Sequence record: KM389306.1
From: Escherichia phage Phi06_2974 B
DNA length: 28,538 nucleotides
Reading direction: 5' to 3' (one strand)
Shown here: piece after piece, positions 18,005-26,050 of the stretch
Layout: every line of letters begins with the position of its first letter
Numbering within the stretch: the stretch's first letter is position 1
Notes under the pieces: generated by a model
What the model saw: the letters and a program-made list of their open reading frames with translations, nothing else
Databases searched by the model: none
What the model was told of the DNA's origin: nothing
Program-made: the position numbers and the translations under genes

Positions 18005-18354
18005 TAAAGCCCCATCGCTACGGCCAGACAGACTGCAGCAACAATCAGCGCACGGCGGATTAGCGCAGCAGAAAAGACCAGGTGAAGGCCAGTCTGGACA
18101 GGGAAGCGACCATCAGCCATCAGCCTGTCATCATGCTTCAGGTACTGACCGGGACGGGCTTTGGGGAAAAGCGAACGGTCAAGCCAGTAGCCCAATACTG
18201 CCGCCAGCGTGATGAGTGATAGCTTGTAGACAACCACCGGCAGCTGCTGGGGCGATACCAGACCGATGGTGCCGAGCAGCAGCACAGCGGTCAGCAGCCA
18301 GCCGCTGAGACGTGGCTTTTTAACAGGGGGAATGAATTTTTTCAGGTTTTTCAT
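18004..18354 (-). CDS. putative holin (three predicted TMDs)
   Basis: ORF track 18004..18387 (GTG) trimmed to ATG 18354 with SD AAGGAG at 6 nt; 116 aa with three hydrophobic segments; first gene of lysis cassette. Confidence 0.5.
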   Translation of the reverse strand: MKNLKKFIPPVKKPRLSGWLLTAVLLLGTIGLVSPQQLPVVVYKLSLITLAAVLGYWLDRSLFPKARPGQYLKHDDRLMADGRFPVQTGLHLVFSAALIRRALIVAAVCLAVAMGL

Positions 18355-18466
18355 GAGCGTCTCCTTGTGTAGTGGAGACAGCATCACAAATGGTCGGGGA
18401 AAGGGATTTTAAACAGCGTTAATAGTGAGGATGCAGACGTGAACCGCATGATGGCTTTGAAAGAAC

Positions 18467-18498
18467 GACCAGCCCGGTGCGGTAACACCAGGCTGGTC
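18467..18498. promoter_or_regulatory. stem-loop (GACCAGCC...GGCTGGTC, ~12 bp stem) in the region between late operon and methyltransferase gene
   Basis: Inverted repeat read directly; no U-tract on the plus strand, short UUCUUUC on the minus strand. Confidence 0.3.
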
Positions 18499-18601
18499 AT
18501 CAACCCACAGGTATGCACTGTGAGCCGACCAGGGTTCAGTCAGTCTCGCGAGACCAGACTAGCCTGCCATATTTTCATTGATTGCAAAAGGCTTACGGAT
18601 A

Positions 18602-19372
18602 ATGAAAGAACAATCTTTACCCATCGTCCCATGGATTGGCGGTAAACGTCGTCTGGCGAAGCATATTTTACCATTGTTTCCGGCCCATACCTGCTATGTG
18701 GAGCCGTTCTGCGGGGCAGCTGCGCTCTATTTCCTAAAGACTCCCAGCAAGACCGAAGTCATTAACGATATCAACGGGGAACTGGTGAACCTCTATCGGG
18801 TGGTCAAGCATCATCTGGAAGAATTTATTCGCCAGTTCAAATGGGCGCTGGTCAGCCGTCAGATTTACAAATGGTTGCAGGATACGCCGGAAGAAACGCT
18901 CACCGACATTCAGCGGGCGGCCCGGTTCTACTACCTGCAGAAACAGGCATTTGGCGGCAAGGTCGCCGATCACACATTCGGTACCTCTACAACCAGTGCG
19001 CCGCGCTTCAATTTGCTGCGTATTGAGGAAGAACTGTCGATGGCACACCTGCGCCTGTCGAGAACGCTGATAGAGCATCTGGACTGGCACCAGTGCATAG
19101 AGCGATATGATCGCCCGCATACGCTGTTCTACTGTGACCCACCGTACTGGGGAACGGAAGGCTATGGTGTGGAGTTCGGGCTGGAAAACTATGATCACAT
19201 GGCAGATTTAGCGCGAAGGATCAAAGGGAAGATGATTATATCAGTGAACGATATCCCGGAAATGCGGCAGGTATTCAACGGTCTGAACATGCAGTCGGTT
19301 GATATCAGCTACAACCTTAAGGTAACAGGCAAACCCAGCCCGAAGAAAGAGCTGGTAATTTGTAATTTTTGA
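18602..19372 (+). CDS. DNA N6-adenine methyltransferase (Dam-like, orphan)
   Basis: ORF track 18578..19372 (TTG) trimmed to ATG 18602; motifs WIGGKRR, EPFCGAAAL (AdoMet binding) and DPPY (catalytic); no adjacent restriction endonuclease gene. Confidence 0.8.
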   Translation: MKEQSLPIVPWIGGKRRLAKHILPLFPAHTCYVEPFCGAAALYFLKTPSKTEVINDINGELVNLYRVVKHHLEEFIRQFKWALVSRQIYKWLQDTPEETLTDIQRAARFYYLQKQAFGGKVADHTFGTSTTSAPRFNLLRIEEELSMAHLRLSRTLIEHLDWHQCIERYDRPHTLFYCDPPYWGTEGYGVEFGLENYDHMADLARRIKGKMIISVNDIPEMRQVFNGLNMQSVDISYNLKVTGKPSPKKELVICNF

Positions 19373-19389
19373 AAGAGGTAGTTAAAGGT

Positions 19390-19412
19390 GGTGGTGCATC
19401 TGCAGCACCACC
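19390..19412. terminator. putative terminator hairpin between convergent methyltransferase and lipoprotein genes
   Basis: GGTGGTGC (7-nt loop) GCACCACC perfect 8-bp stem, 18 nt after MTase stop and 8 nt after lipoprotein stop; flanking runs only moderately U-rich. Confidence 0.45.
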
Positions 19413-19419
19413 TAAACAT

Positions 19420-19953
19420 TTAATCCTGCCTTGGACAAGTCCAATAATCATTATCTGGCTCTGGTGAATAAGCTTTCAAACAACCTGCTCGCGGGGTCTT
19501 ACCATCATCTGTCATAGGAACTTTTTCCTTATCAAGTTTCACGGTCAGGTCTCCACCAGGAACATCCGTTTTATCGAAAAAAACAGCCTGACATGCTGAT
19601 TTAGATATTTTCACTTCGTGGGCATTATTTGATATGAACAAATAACAATTATGACCAGAGGCTATGTAGTCACTTGGAATATTATTTTCGTCTTTAATAT
19701 GAAACTGCACCGTTGTCACCGGGCGTTCGCTATCCTCGGATACTTCGACTTTTTCAAAACTGTCCGCGTACTTATCCAGGCCGGGGAGTTGTTGGCGAAT
19801 AAACGGTAATTCGCGATTTACAACCGGATTATCTGTTTCAACGCTAAAAACCGCGTGCTCCTTAGCTGTGGTGGACGTATCAGCAGGATCGGTATTATCT
19901 CCACACCCAGATAAAACAAATATCAACGGTAAAAATAATTTGCGCATAGTCAT
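19420..19953 (-). CDS. lipoprotein of unknown function (moron downstream of repressor)
   Basis: ORF track 177 aa; N-terminus MTMRKLFLPLIFVLSGC = signal peptide + LSGC lipobox; visibly lower G+C than flanking phage genes. Confidence 0.6.
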   Translation of the reverse strand: MTMRKLFLPLIFVLSGCGDNTDPADTSTTAKEHAVFSVETDNPVVNRELPFIRQQLPGLDKYADSFEKVEVSEDSERPVTTVQFHIKDENNIPSDYIASGHNCYLFISNNAHEVKISKSACQAVFFDKTDVPGGDLTVKLDKEKVPMTDDGKTPRAGCLKAYSPEPDNDYWTCPRQD

Positions 19954-19988
19954 GTCCTTATACCTCTAATGTTCTTAATAGGAACAGA

Positions 19989-20399
19989 TTAACCCGTATT
20001 TTTTAATCTTTCGAACGCTGCGGACAGCTCCTTAAGCTGTTTTTCCATATCAATCATTCGCTGTTTTTCCTCAGCGCCTCGCAGCAACTCTTTTCGCACC
20101 TCTGGCTCCAGTTGGTTGAGCAGCTCCAATAACTTCAGATCAGACTGGTTGAAATGCTGCTCCTGATTAGCTGGCTGTGCTTTCTCTACCCCAACAGCTT
20201 CCCCTTTACCAGTAAGTAGCCAATCTATTGATATGTTCAAATGGGTGCTTAGCGCAACAAGAGCCTCTGCATTAGGTTCTCTCTCTCCACGCAGATAGTT
20301 TTGAAGTGAGCGATATGGAATTTTTGACAAGTCTGACAATGCCTTAATTGTCAGACCCTTAGCATCCATCGCTTCGCGCAATCTCTCTTTTATACTCAT
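19989..20399 (-). CDS. prophage repressor, XRE-family HTH with coiled-coil C-terminus
   Basis: ORF track 19989..20495 (TTG) trimmed to ATG 20399; MSIKERLREAMDAKGLTIKALSDLSKIPYRSLQNYLRG... typical Cro/CI-type HTH; divergent from early operon. Confidence 0.65.
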   Translation of the reverse strand: MSIKERLREAMDAKGLTIKALSDLSKIPYRSLQNYLRGEREPNAEALVALSTHLNISIDWLLTGKGEAVGVEKAQPANQEQHFNQSDLKLLELLNQLEPEVRKELLRGAEEKQRMIDMEKQLKELSAAFERLKNTG

Positions 20400-20487
20400 T
20401 TGAACATATCTCAATTTGACATACCCGTTTGGGTGCGTACAATAGACCCAATAGAGTACATCATAACCCAACAGGAACACGGTGCAT
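20400..20487. promoter_or_regulatory. divergent early promoter/operator region
   Basis: Plus strand: -35 TTGACA (20416..20421), 16-bp spacer, -10 TACAAT (20438..20443); direct repeats CAATAGA at 20440..20446 and 20450..20456 overlap the -10. Confidence 0.45.
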
Positions 20488-20712
20488 ATGAACAAACAAC
20501 AAGTTCGGGCACGGCTGGTTGAAAGAGGCAGTAGCTTGCGCCAGTTCGCGCTTAACGCGGGCTATGAGCCACGAACAGTCACCCAGGCTGTCAGCCGCTG
20601 GGCAGGCAAAAGCGAACTTCCACGCGGTCGTTTGACTTATCGGATTTTGCGAGACCTTTCGGTCGCAATAGGCAAAGAAGTTACCCCCGGCATCCTCAAG
20701 GAGGCGTCATGA
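20488..20712 (+). CDS. Ner/Cro-like small DNA-binding protein (first early gene)
   Basis: ORF track 20482..20712 (GTG) with ATG at 20488; 74 aa; segment LRQFALNAGYEPRTVTQAV resembles Ner-family HTH. Confidence 0.5.
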   Translation: MNKQQVRARLVERGSSLRQFALNAGYEPRTVTQAVSRWAGKSELPRGRLTYRILRDLSVAIGKEVTPGILKEAS

Positions 20713-21014
20713 GTAAACCAAATACATCAAGCTCAGGTACCCGTATTTTGCGTGTCCTTAAGGCTTTACGCGGTCACGCTCTGAACGGTGTTTCTAACGG
20801 CGAGCTGGCGTCAGCTCTGGGCGAGTCCCCGGCGAATATCAATCGGGCGCTCAATACCCTTATCGAAGAAGGACTGGCCCTGAAACTGGATAACGGGCGT
20901 TTTGCCCCAGGAGTCCAGCTCTTACAAATCGCCATGGCGCACAGTACCGAAATGGCGCGGGCGCAGGATCGTATCAATGAAATTAACCAGCGTGTTATGG
21001 CTGGTAGTCGCTAA
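20709..21014 (+). CDS. winged-helix DNA-binding protein (IclR/MarR-like N-terminal domain)
   Basis: ORF track 101 aa; ATGA overlap with previous gene, SD AAGGAGG; ILRVLKAL...NGELASALGESPANINRALNTLIEEGLA looks like a wHTH. Confidence 0.45.
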   Translation: MSKPNTSSSGTRILRVLKALRGHALNGVSNGELASALGESPANINRALNTLIEEGLALKLDNGRFAPGVQLLQIAMAHSTEMARAQDRINEINQRVMAGSR

Positions 21015-21023
21015 GGAGTTGAA

Positions 21024-21932
21024 ATGGGACGCACAAAATCACAACCAGTTGAACTAGTGGAAGATGCACCGCTGACCGATGGTCTCAGTGTCAGTCTTAA
21101 TGCTATGTCCGAACATCGCCTCGAAATCATGCAGCAGTTTGGTGATGGCCTGCCGTATGAACGTGATCGTATTGTCCATGAAACACGTTTTTATATGGCT
21201 CAGAGTGCTGAAGCCATGCTGGAGGCGGGTAAACGACTGGTAATTCTCAAAGAAAATGAACCACATGGTGACTTCATCGACATCGTTGAGTCTCAGTTGT
21301 CCCTGTCCAAACGTACCGCGCAGGTGATGATGCAAGCATCCCTCAAATATTTGTCTCCCAAGCTTGAACCAAAAGCGCAAGCGCTTGCGCTTTTGGGTAA
21401 AACAAAGCTGTTTGAGTTGATGACGGAAGATGACGAAGACCTCGTCGAATTAGCCGATGGCGGCACGATTGCTGGTATGAGCCTCGATGATATTGATCGC
21501 ATGACAAGCCGCGAACTGAAAGCGGCCCTACGCGAAGCGCGTGAAACCAACGCAGCACAACAGCGCGTGCTTGCCGACAAAAACGAAAAAATCGACTCGC
21601 TCTCCACAAAACTGGAGAAGAAATCCCGTATCCAGCCGCCCAAGCCTGACGAAGAGGTGAAGAAGCTGCGTGCGGAAGTTACAGCGTTAGCGGTTGAGGC
21701 GGAATCTGCCATCGCCGTTCGACTGTCCAGCGCCTTTGAGACCCTGTGCGCATACTGTGCTGAAAATATGATTGATACCCCCAGAGACTTTATGGCCGGT
21801 CTGGTCTGCCAGTTGGAAAGCACCGCGCGTAGCCTGCGCTCCACATTTGACCTGCCGGACGAGCCGACAGGCAACGCCGCCCCTTCATGGCTGACTGACC
21901 CGACGCCAGAGATTAACGGGCAGGAGGCATAA
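21024..21932 (+). CDS. conserved hypothetical protein (DUF3102-like as recalled), coiled-coil central region
   Basis: ORF track 302 aa; SD AAGGAG; segment EAGKRLVILKENEPHGDFIDIVESQLSLSKRTAQVMM resembles a family I recall as DUF3102 (unverified). Confidence 0.4.
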   Translation: MGRTKSQPVELVEDAPLTDGLSVSLNAMSEHRLEIMQQFGDGLPYERDRIVHETRFYMAQSAEAMLEAGKRLVILKENEPHGDFIDIVESQLSLSKRTAQVMMQASLKYLSPKLEPKAQALALLGKTKLFELMTEDDEDLVELADGGTIAGMSLDDIDRMTSRELKAALREARETNAAQQRVLADKNEKIDSLSTKLEKKSRIQPPKPDEEVKKLRAEVTALAVEAESAIAVRLSSAFETLCAYCAENMIDTPRDFMAGLVCQLESTARSLRSTFDLPDEPTGNAAPSWLTDPTPEINGQEA

Positions 21933-21935
21933 CCC

Positions 21936-23705
21936 ATGAGTGCCGCCCTGACTGAACGACTGGTTTATGTTGCCCGCGCGGCACGTGACGCGGGGCATGG
22001 TAAGCGTGGTGCGATATATGATGCCGCCTGCGCCGAACTGGGCATTTCCCGCGCCACCCTGCTGCGCAAGCTGAAGGAGGTATCAGTGACTGACAAACGT
22101 AAAAAACGCGCCGATGCCGGGCGCAGTGCCCTGAGCCGCGACGAAGCCGCGCTGATATCTGCCACGCTGCGCGAGGCCACCCGTAAGAACGGTAAGCGCC
22201 TGTATTCCATCGCGGATGCGGTGGAGACCCTGCGGTCAAACGGCTTTATCACTGCTGGCAGAACGGACGAGGCCACAGGCGAGTTTTTCCCGCTGTCCGA
22301 GGACACCATCAGCCGCGCCCTGCGGAACTATGGTCTGCACCCGGAACAGCTTGACGCACCGGCCCCGTCGTCCGAGATGGCCAGCCTGCATCCCAATCAC
22401 GTCTGGGAGATTGATGCCTCACTTTGTACGCTTTACTACCTGAGCAACGGCCATAAAGGGTTGCAGGTGATGGACAGCTCGAAGTTCTACAAGAACAAGC
22501 CTGCCAACATCGCCCGCATCGCCAGTGACCGCGTGTGGAGTTACGAGATTACCGACCATACCAGCGGCTGGATTTACGTTGAGTACGTGATGGGTGCGGA
22601 ATCTGGTGAGAACCTCTGTTCTGTGCTTATCAACGCCATGCAGGAGCGCGGCGGCGCGGACGTGCTGCACGGCGTGCCGAAAATACTCTACCTTGATCCC
22701 GGTTCGGCGAACACCGCTGGCATGACGAAAAACATGTGCCGCTCGCTGGGCATCAATCTGATAGCGCACAAGCCGCATAACGCCCGCGCCACCGGGCAGG
22801 TGGAAAAGGCCCGTGACATTATCGAACGTAAACTGGAGCCGGGTCTCAAATTCCAGCCGGTTCATAGCCTGGACGAACTGAACGCGCTGGCGGTGAAATG
22901 GCGCAGCCACTTTAACGCCACGGCGGTCCACAGCCGCCACGGTAAAACCCGCACGGATATCTGGCTGAAGATTACTGCTGACCAGCTGAAAAAAGCGCCA
23001 TCCGTTGAGGTTTGCCGCGAACTGGCGGTGGCCGCACCGGAACTCCGTAAGGTCACACCAAAACTGCGCGTCTCGTTCCGGGGCAATGAGTTTGACGTTT
23101 CGACGGTACCGGGCGTACTGGTCGGCGAAAAACTGATGATTACCCGTAACCCGTGGCGCAGCGATGTGGCGCAGGTGGTGCTGACCGGTGAGGACGGTCA
23201 CGAGACGTTCTTCCTGGTCGAAGAGGTCAGAAAGAACGAGTTCGGCTTTGCCGAAAGCGCGGCGGTATTTGGCGAAAACTACAAAGCCCTGCCGGAGACC
23301 CCGGCGCAGACGGCGGCAAAAGAAATCGAAGAGCTGGTTACGGGCACCGATAACGCCACCGATGCAGCTGCTGCACGCAAGGCGAAGGCGCTGCCGTTCG
23401 GCGGGCGACTTGACCCGTACAAACATATCGACGACACCACGCTTCCGGCCTATATGCCGAAGCGCGGTCAGGCTTCAGACGTGCGCGGGCCGCGTATTGA
23501 GCAGCGTCCGCTGACCCATGTGGAGGCGGCGAAAGCCCTGCGCGAGAAGTTTGGCGCTAACGGCCATATCTGGACGCCGGAACATTACCGCCAGTTAACG
23601 GCGCAGTACCCGGATGGCGTACCTGAAGCCGCGCTGGATGAGGTGATGGTTACCCTGACCACTCCGGCCCGCAACAGCGTTATCAGCATCGTTAACGGTA
23701 ACTGA
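21936..23705 (+). CDS. DDE transposase (Mu-like phage transposase A)
   Basis: ORF track 589 aa; SD AGGAGG; N-terminal HTH; candidate catalytic triad D160 (WEID), D254 (YLDPGS), E290 (GQVEKA) with D-94-D-36-E spacing. Confidence 0.75.
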   Translation: MSAALTERLVYVARAARDAGHGKRGAIYDAACAELGISRATLLRKLKEVSVTDKRKKRADAGRSALSRDEAALISATLREATRKNGKRLYSIADAVETLRSNGFITAGRTDEATGEFFPLSEDTISRALRNYGLHPEQLDAPAPSSEMASLHPNHVWEIDASLCTLYYLSNGHKGLQVMDSSKFYKNKPANIARIASDRVWSYEITDHTSGWIYVEYVMGAESGENLCSVLINAMQERGGADVLHGVPKILYLDPGSANTAGMTKNMCRSLGINLIAHKPHNARATGQVEKARDIIERKLEPGLKFQPVHSLDELNALAVKWRSHFNATAVHSRHGKTRTDIWLKITADQLKKAPSVEVCRELAVAAPELRKVTPKLRVSFRGNEFDVSTVPGVLVGEKLMITRNPWRSDVAQVVLTGEDGHETFFLVEEVRKNEFGFAESAAVFGENYKALPETPAQTAAKEIEELVTGTDNATDAAAARKAKALPFGGRLDPYKHIDDTTLPAYMPKRGQASDVRGPRIEQRPLTHVEAAKALREKFGANGHIWTPEHYRQLTAQYPDGVPEAALDEVMVTLTTPARNSVISIVNGN

Positions 23706-23715
23706 GGAGGAAGGC

Positions 23716-24882
23716 ATGCTGGTACTGAAGCAACAACTGAAAGAGGCCCGCATCCCGCAGGCGGTGGTGGCAAGAGCCGTCGCCGTTTCCGAGGCCACGC
23801 TGGCCCAGATTGTGAACCATAACGAGTGGCCACGCACCAGCCCCGAAGAGGTACGCCAGCGTCTGGCGTTGTATCTGGAAAGTAAGGGGATTGATACAGC
23901 GAAAAGTTTTGATGCTGCACAGGGCGCTGTCACGCCCCGTACAGCGGGTACTACCGATAAAACCAACCTCAGTGAGGAAGAGAACATGTTACTCAAAAAG
24001 CAGGTGTTATTTCCAGCAACCAAAAAAGCGTTTGGCCTTTTCCGTGATCCGTTCGCCGATGAAGCCATGCAGGGCGCGGACGATGTGTTCACCACGCCGG
24101 ATATCCGCTACGTGCGTGAGGCGCTGTTCCAGACCGCCCGCCATGGTGGCTTTCTGGCGGTTATCGGCGAGTCCGGTGCGGGTAAATCCACGCTGCGCCG
24201 CGACCTGATTGAACGCGTCAACCGCGAGAACGCGCCGGTGATTGTAATTGAGCCATACATCATCGCCATGGAAGACAACGACGTGAAGGGCAAAACCCTG
24301 AAGGCGGCAGCTATCGCCGAGGCCATCATCAGCACCATCGCGCCGCTGGAGAGTATCAAACGCAGCCAGGACGCCCGCTTCCGCCAGTTGCACCGCGTCC
24401 TGAAGGACAGCAGTCAGGCGGGTTTCAGCCACGTTCTGGTGATTGAGGAGGCCCACAGCCTTCCCATTCCGACGCTGAAGCACCTTAAACGCTTCTTCGA
24501 ACTGGAGTCCGGCTTCAAAAAACTGCTGTCCATCGTGCTGATTGGCCAGCCTGAACTGGCGGACAAACTGTCCGAACGCAACATGGAAGTCCGTGAGGTC
24601 GTCCAGCGCTGCGAGGTGGTTGAATTGCTGCCGCTGGACAACAGCCTCGAAGAGTTTCTGACGTTCAAACTGCAACGTGCCGGTAAGCAGCTGGCCGACA
24701 TCATGGACGCCAGCGCAGTGGAAGCCATCCGCGCCCGTCTGAGCAATCTGGGTAGTAGCCGTAAAAGCATGGTCAGCCTGCTGTATCCGCTGGCCGTCAG
24801 TAACCTGGTGATAGCCGCCATGAATCTGGCTGCTGAAATCGGGGTTCCGCAGGTCAACGCCGACGTCGTCAAAGGAGTTTAA
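23716..24882 (+). CDS. AAA+ transposition ATPase (MuB/TniB-like)
   Basis: ORF track 388 aa; SD GAGGAGG; Walker A GESGAGKST at 24166..24192, Walker B-like VLVIEEAH; immediately downstream of transposase. Confidence 0.75.
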   Translation: MLVLKQQLKEARIPQAVVARAVAVSEATLAQIVNHNEWPRTSPEEVRQRLALYLESKGIDTAKSFDAAQGAVTPRTAGTTDKTNLSEEENMLLKKQVLFPATKKAFGLFRDPFADEAMQGADDVFTTPDIRYVREALFQTARHGGFLAVIGESGAGKSTLRRDLIERVNRENAPVIVIEPYIIAMEDNDVKGKTLKAAAIAEAIISTIAPLESIKRSQDARFRQLHRVLKDSSQAGFSHVLVIEEAHSLPIPTLKHLKRFFELESGFKKLLSIVLIGQPELADKLSERNMEVREVVQRCEVVELLPLDNSLEEFLTFKLQRAGKQLADIMDASAVEAIRARLSNLGSSRKSMVSLLYPLAVSNLVIAAMNLAAEIGVPQVNADVVKGV

Positions 24883-24884
24883 TC

Positions 24885-25154
24885 ATGAAATCCATCGCCG
24901 ATATCAACCAGCAGATGAACAAGGTGCAGTCCGCCATTATGGCGCTCAACGCCATGAACACTACCGTGCAGAGCGTCATGATTGCTGGCAGTAAGCCGGT
25001 TATCCGTATCGCCCGCAACGGGCACTGTGCCCGCCTGCTGGAGCAGGGCAAAGCGAGTTATACCCATGTTGGCCATGACGGCTCAGGGCGCTTCCGTCAG
25101 GGCGTCTTTGAGTTGCATGGCTGCCGTATTACCTGGTCAGAGTCGTTACATTAA
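24885..25154 (+). CDS. hypothetical protein (89 aa)
   Basis: ORF track; ATG with SD AAAGGAG 3 nt after ATPase stop. Confidence 0.45.
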   Translation: MKSIADINQQMNKVQSAIMALNAMNTTVQSVMIAGSKPVIRIARNGHCARLLEQGKASYTHVGHDGSGRFRQGVFELHGCRITWSESLH

Positions 25155-25171
25155 CCATAAGGTGAACAGAG

Positions 25172-25783
25172 ATGAGCGAAGTAAATAAAGAAAACTACAT
25201 GAAAGACCGCAAGGGGCGTCTGGTGCCGGTTGACCAGGTGTCTGACTATGACCTTGCGATGGACTCTTTCGTTAAAGAACAGGTTGTCGCCGCGAAGGTT
25301 AAACGCGATGAACTCAGTGACTTCAAGCGTCGTGCCTTTGACGAGTGCTATGCCTGGCTTGACCTTGTGGCCGAGAAGTACGGCAGAACGCGTGGCGGTG
25401 CCAAAGGCAACGTGACCTTCAGCAGCTTCGACGGTGCTCAGCAGATCACCATCCGCGTGCAGGAAACCCTGACCTTCGGGCCAGAGCTGCAGATTGCCAA
25501 AGACCTGATAGACGAGTGCGTCACCGAGTGGTCGGAAGGCGCGAACGCCAACCTGCGGGCCATCATCAGCGATGCTTTTCAGGTGGACAAAGAGGGCCAG
25601 CTTAATACCGGACGTATTCTTTCCCTGCGCCGCGTCAAGATTCAGGACGAGCGCTGGAACCGGGCAATGGAGGCCATATCGGAATCACTGCAGGTGGCAA
25701 TGTCCAAAACCTATATTAATTTCCGGGAGAAAGATAAACACGGGAAGCTAATTAATATTCCGTTAGATATCGCTGCCATTTAA
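25172..25783 (+). CDS. Mu-like early-region conserved protein (DUF3164-like as recalled)
   Basis: ORF track 203 aa; ATG with SD AAGGTGA; family assignment from memory only. Confidence 0.45.
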   Translation: MSEVNKENYMKDRKGRLVPVDQVSDYDLAMDSFVKEQVVAAKVKRDELSDFKRRAFDECYAWLDLVAEKYGRTRGGAKGNVTFSSFDGAQQITIRVQETLTFGPELQIAKDLIDECVTEWSEGANANLRAIISDAFQVDKEGQLNTGRILSLRRVKIQDERWNRAMEAISESLQVAMSKTYINFREKDKHGKLINIPLDIAAI

Positions 25784-25861
25784 TTTTAATTCAATTTCTT
25801 TTTATTTCGGCGTCAGTGCCGTGGGCTTCTGCACGCCGAAAACAGCATTAAGGAATAAATC

Positions 25862-26050
25862 ATGTCCATCAAATGTATCAACTGCCAGAAAGGTATCACC
25901 ACCCTGAAGTTCAGCGACGCCAGCGTCATTTCCTCCGGTAAGTACCGCGTACCAGCCGTCCTCATCACGCTGGTATGCCCACACTGTAGCCAGCATTACT
26001 ACACCGAAGTCCCGGCCATGGAATTCATCCCTTGTGAGGCAAAGAAATGA
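25862..26050 (+). CDS. small zinc-ribbon protein (CxxC...CxxC)
   Basis: ORF track 62 aa; ATG with SD AAGGA; Cys pairs CINC and CPHC about 35 residues apart. Confidence 0.5.
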   Translation: MSIKCINCQKGITTLKFSDASVISSGKYRVPAVLITLVCPHCSQHYYTEVPAMEFIPCEAKK

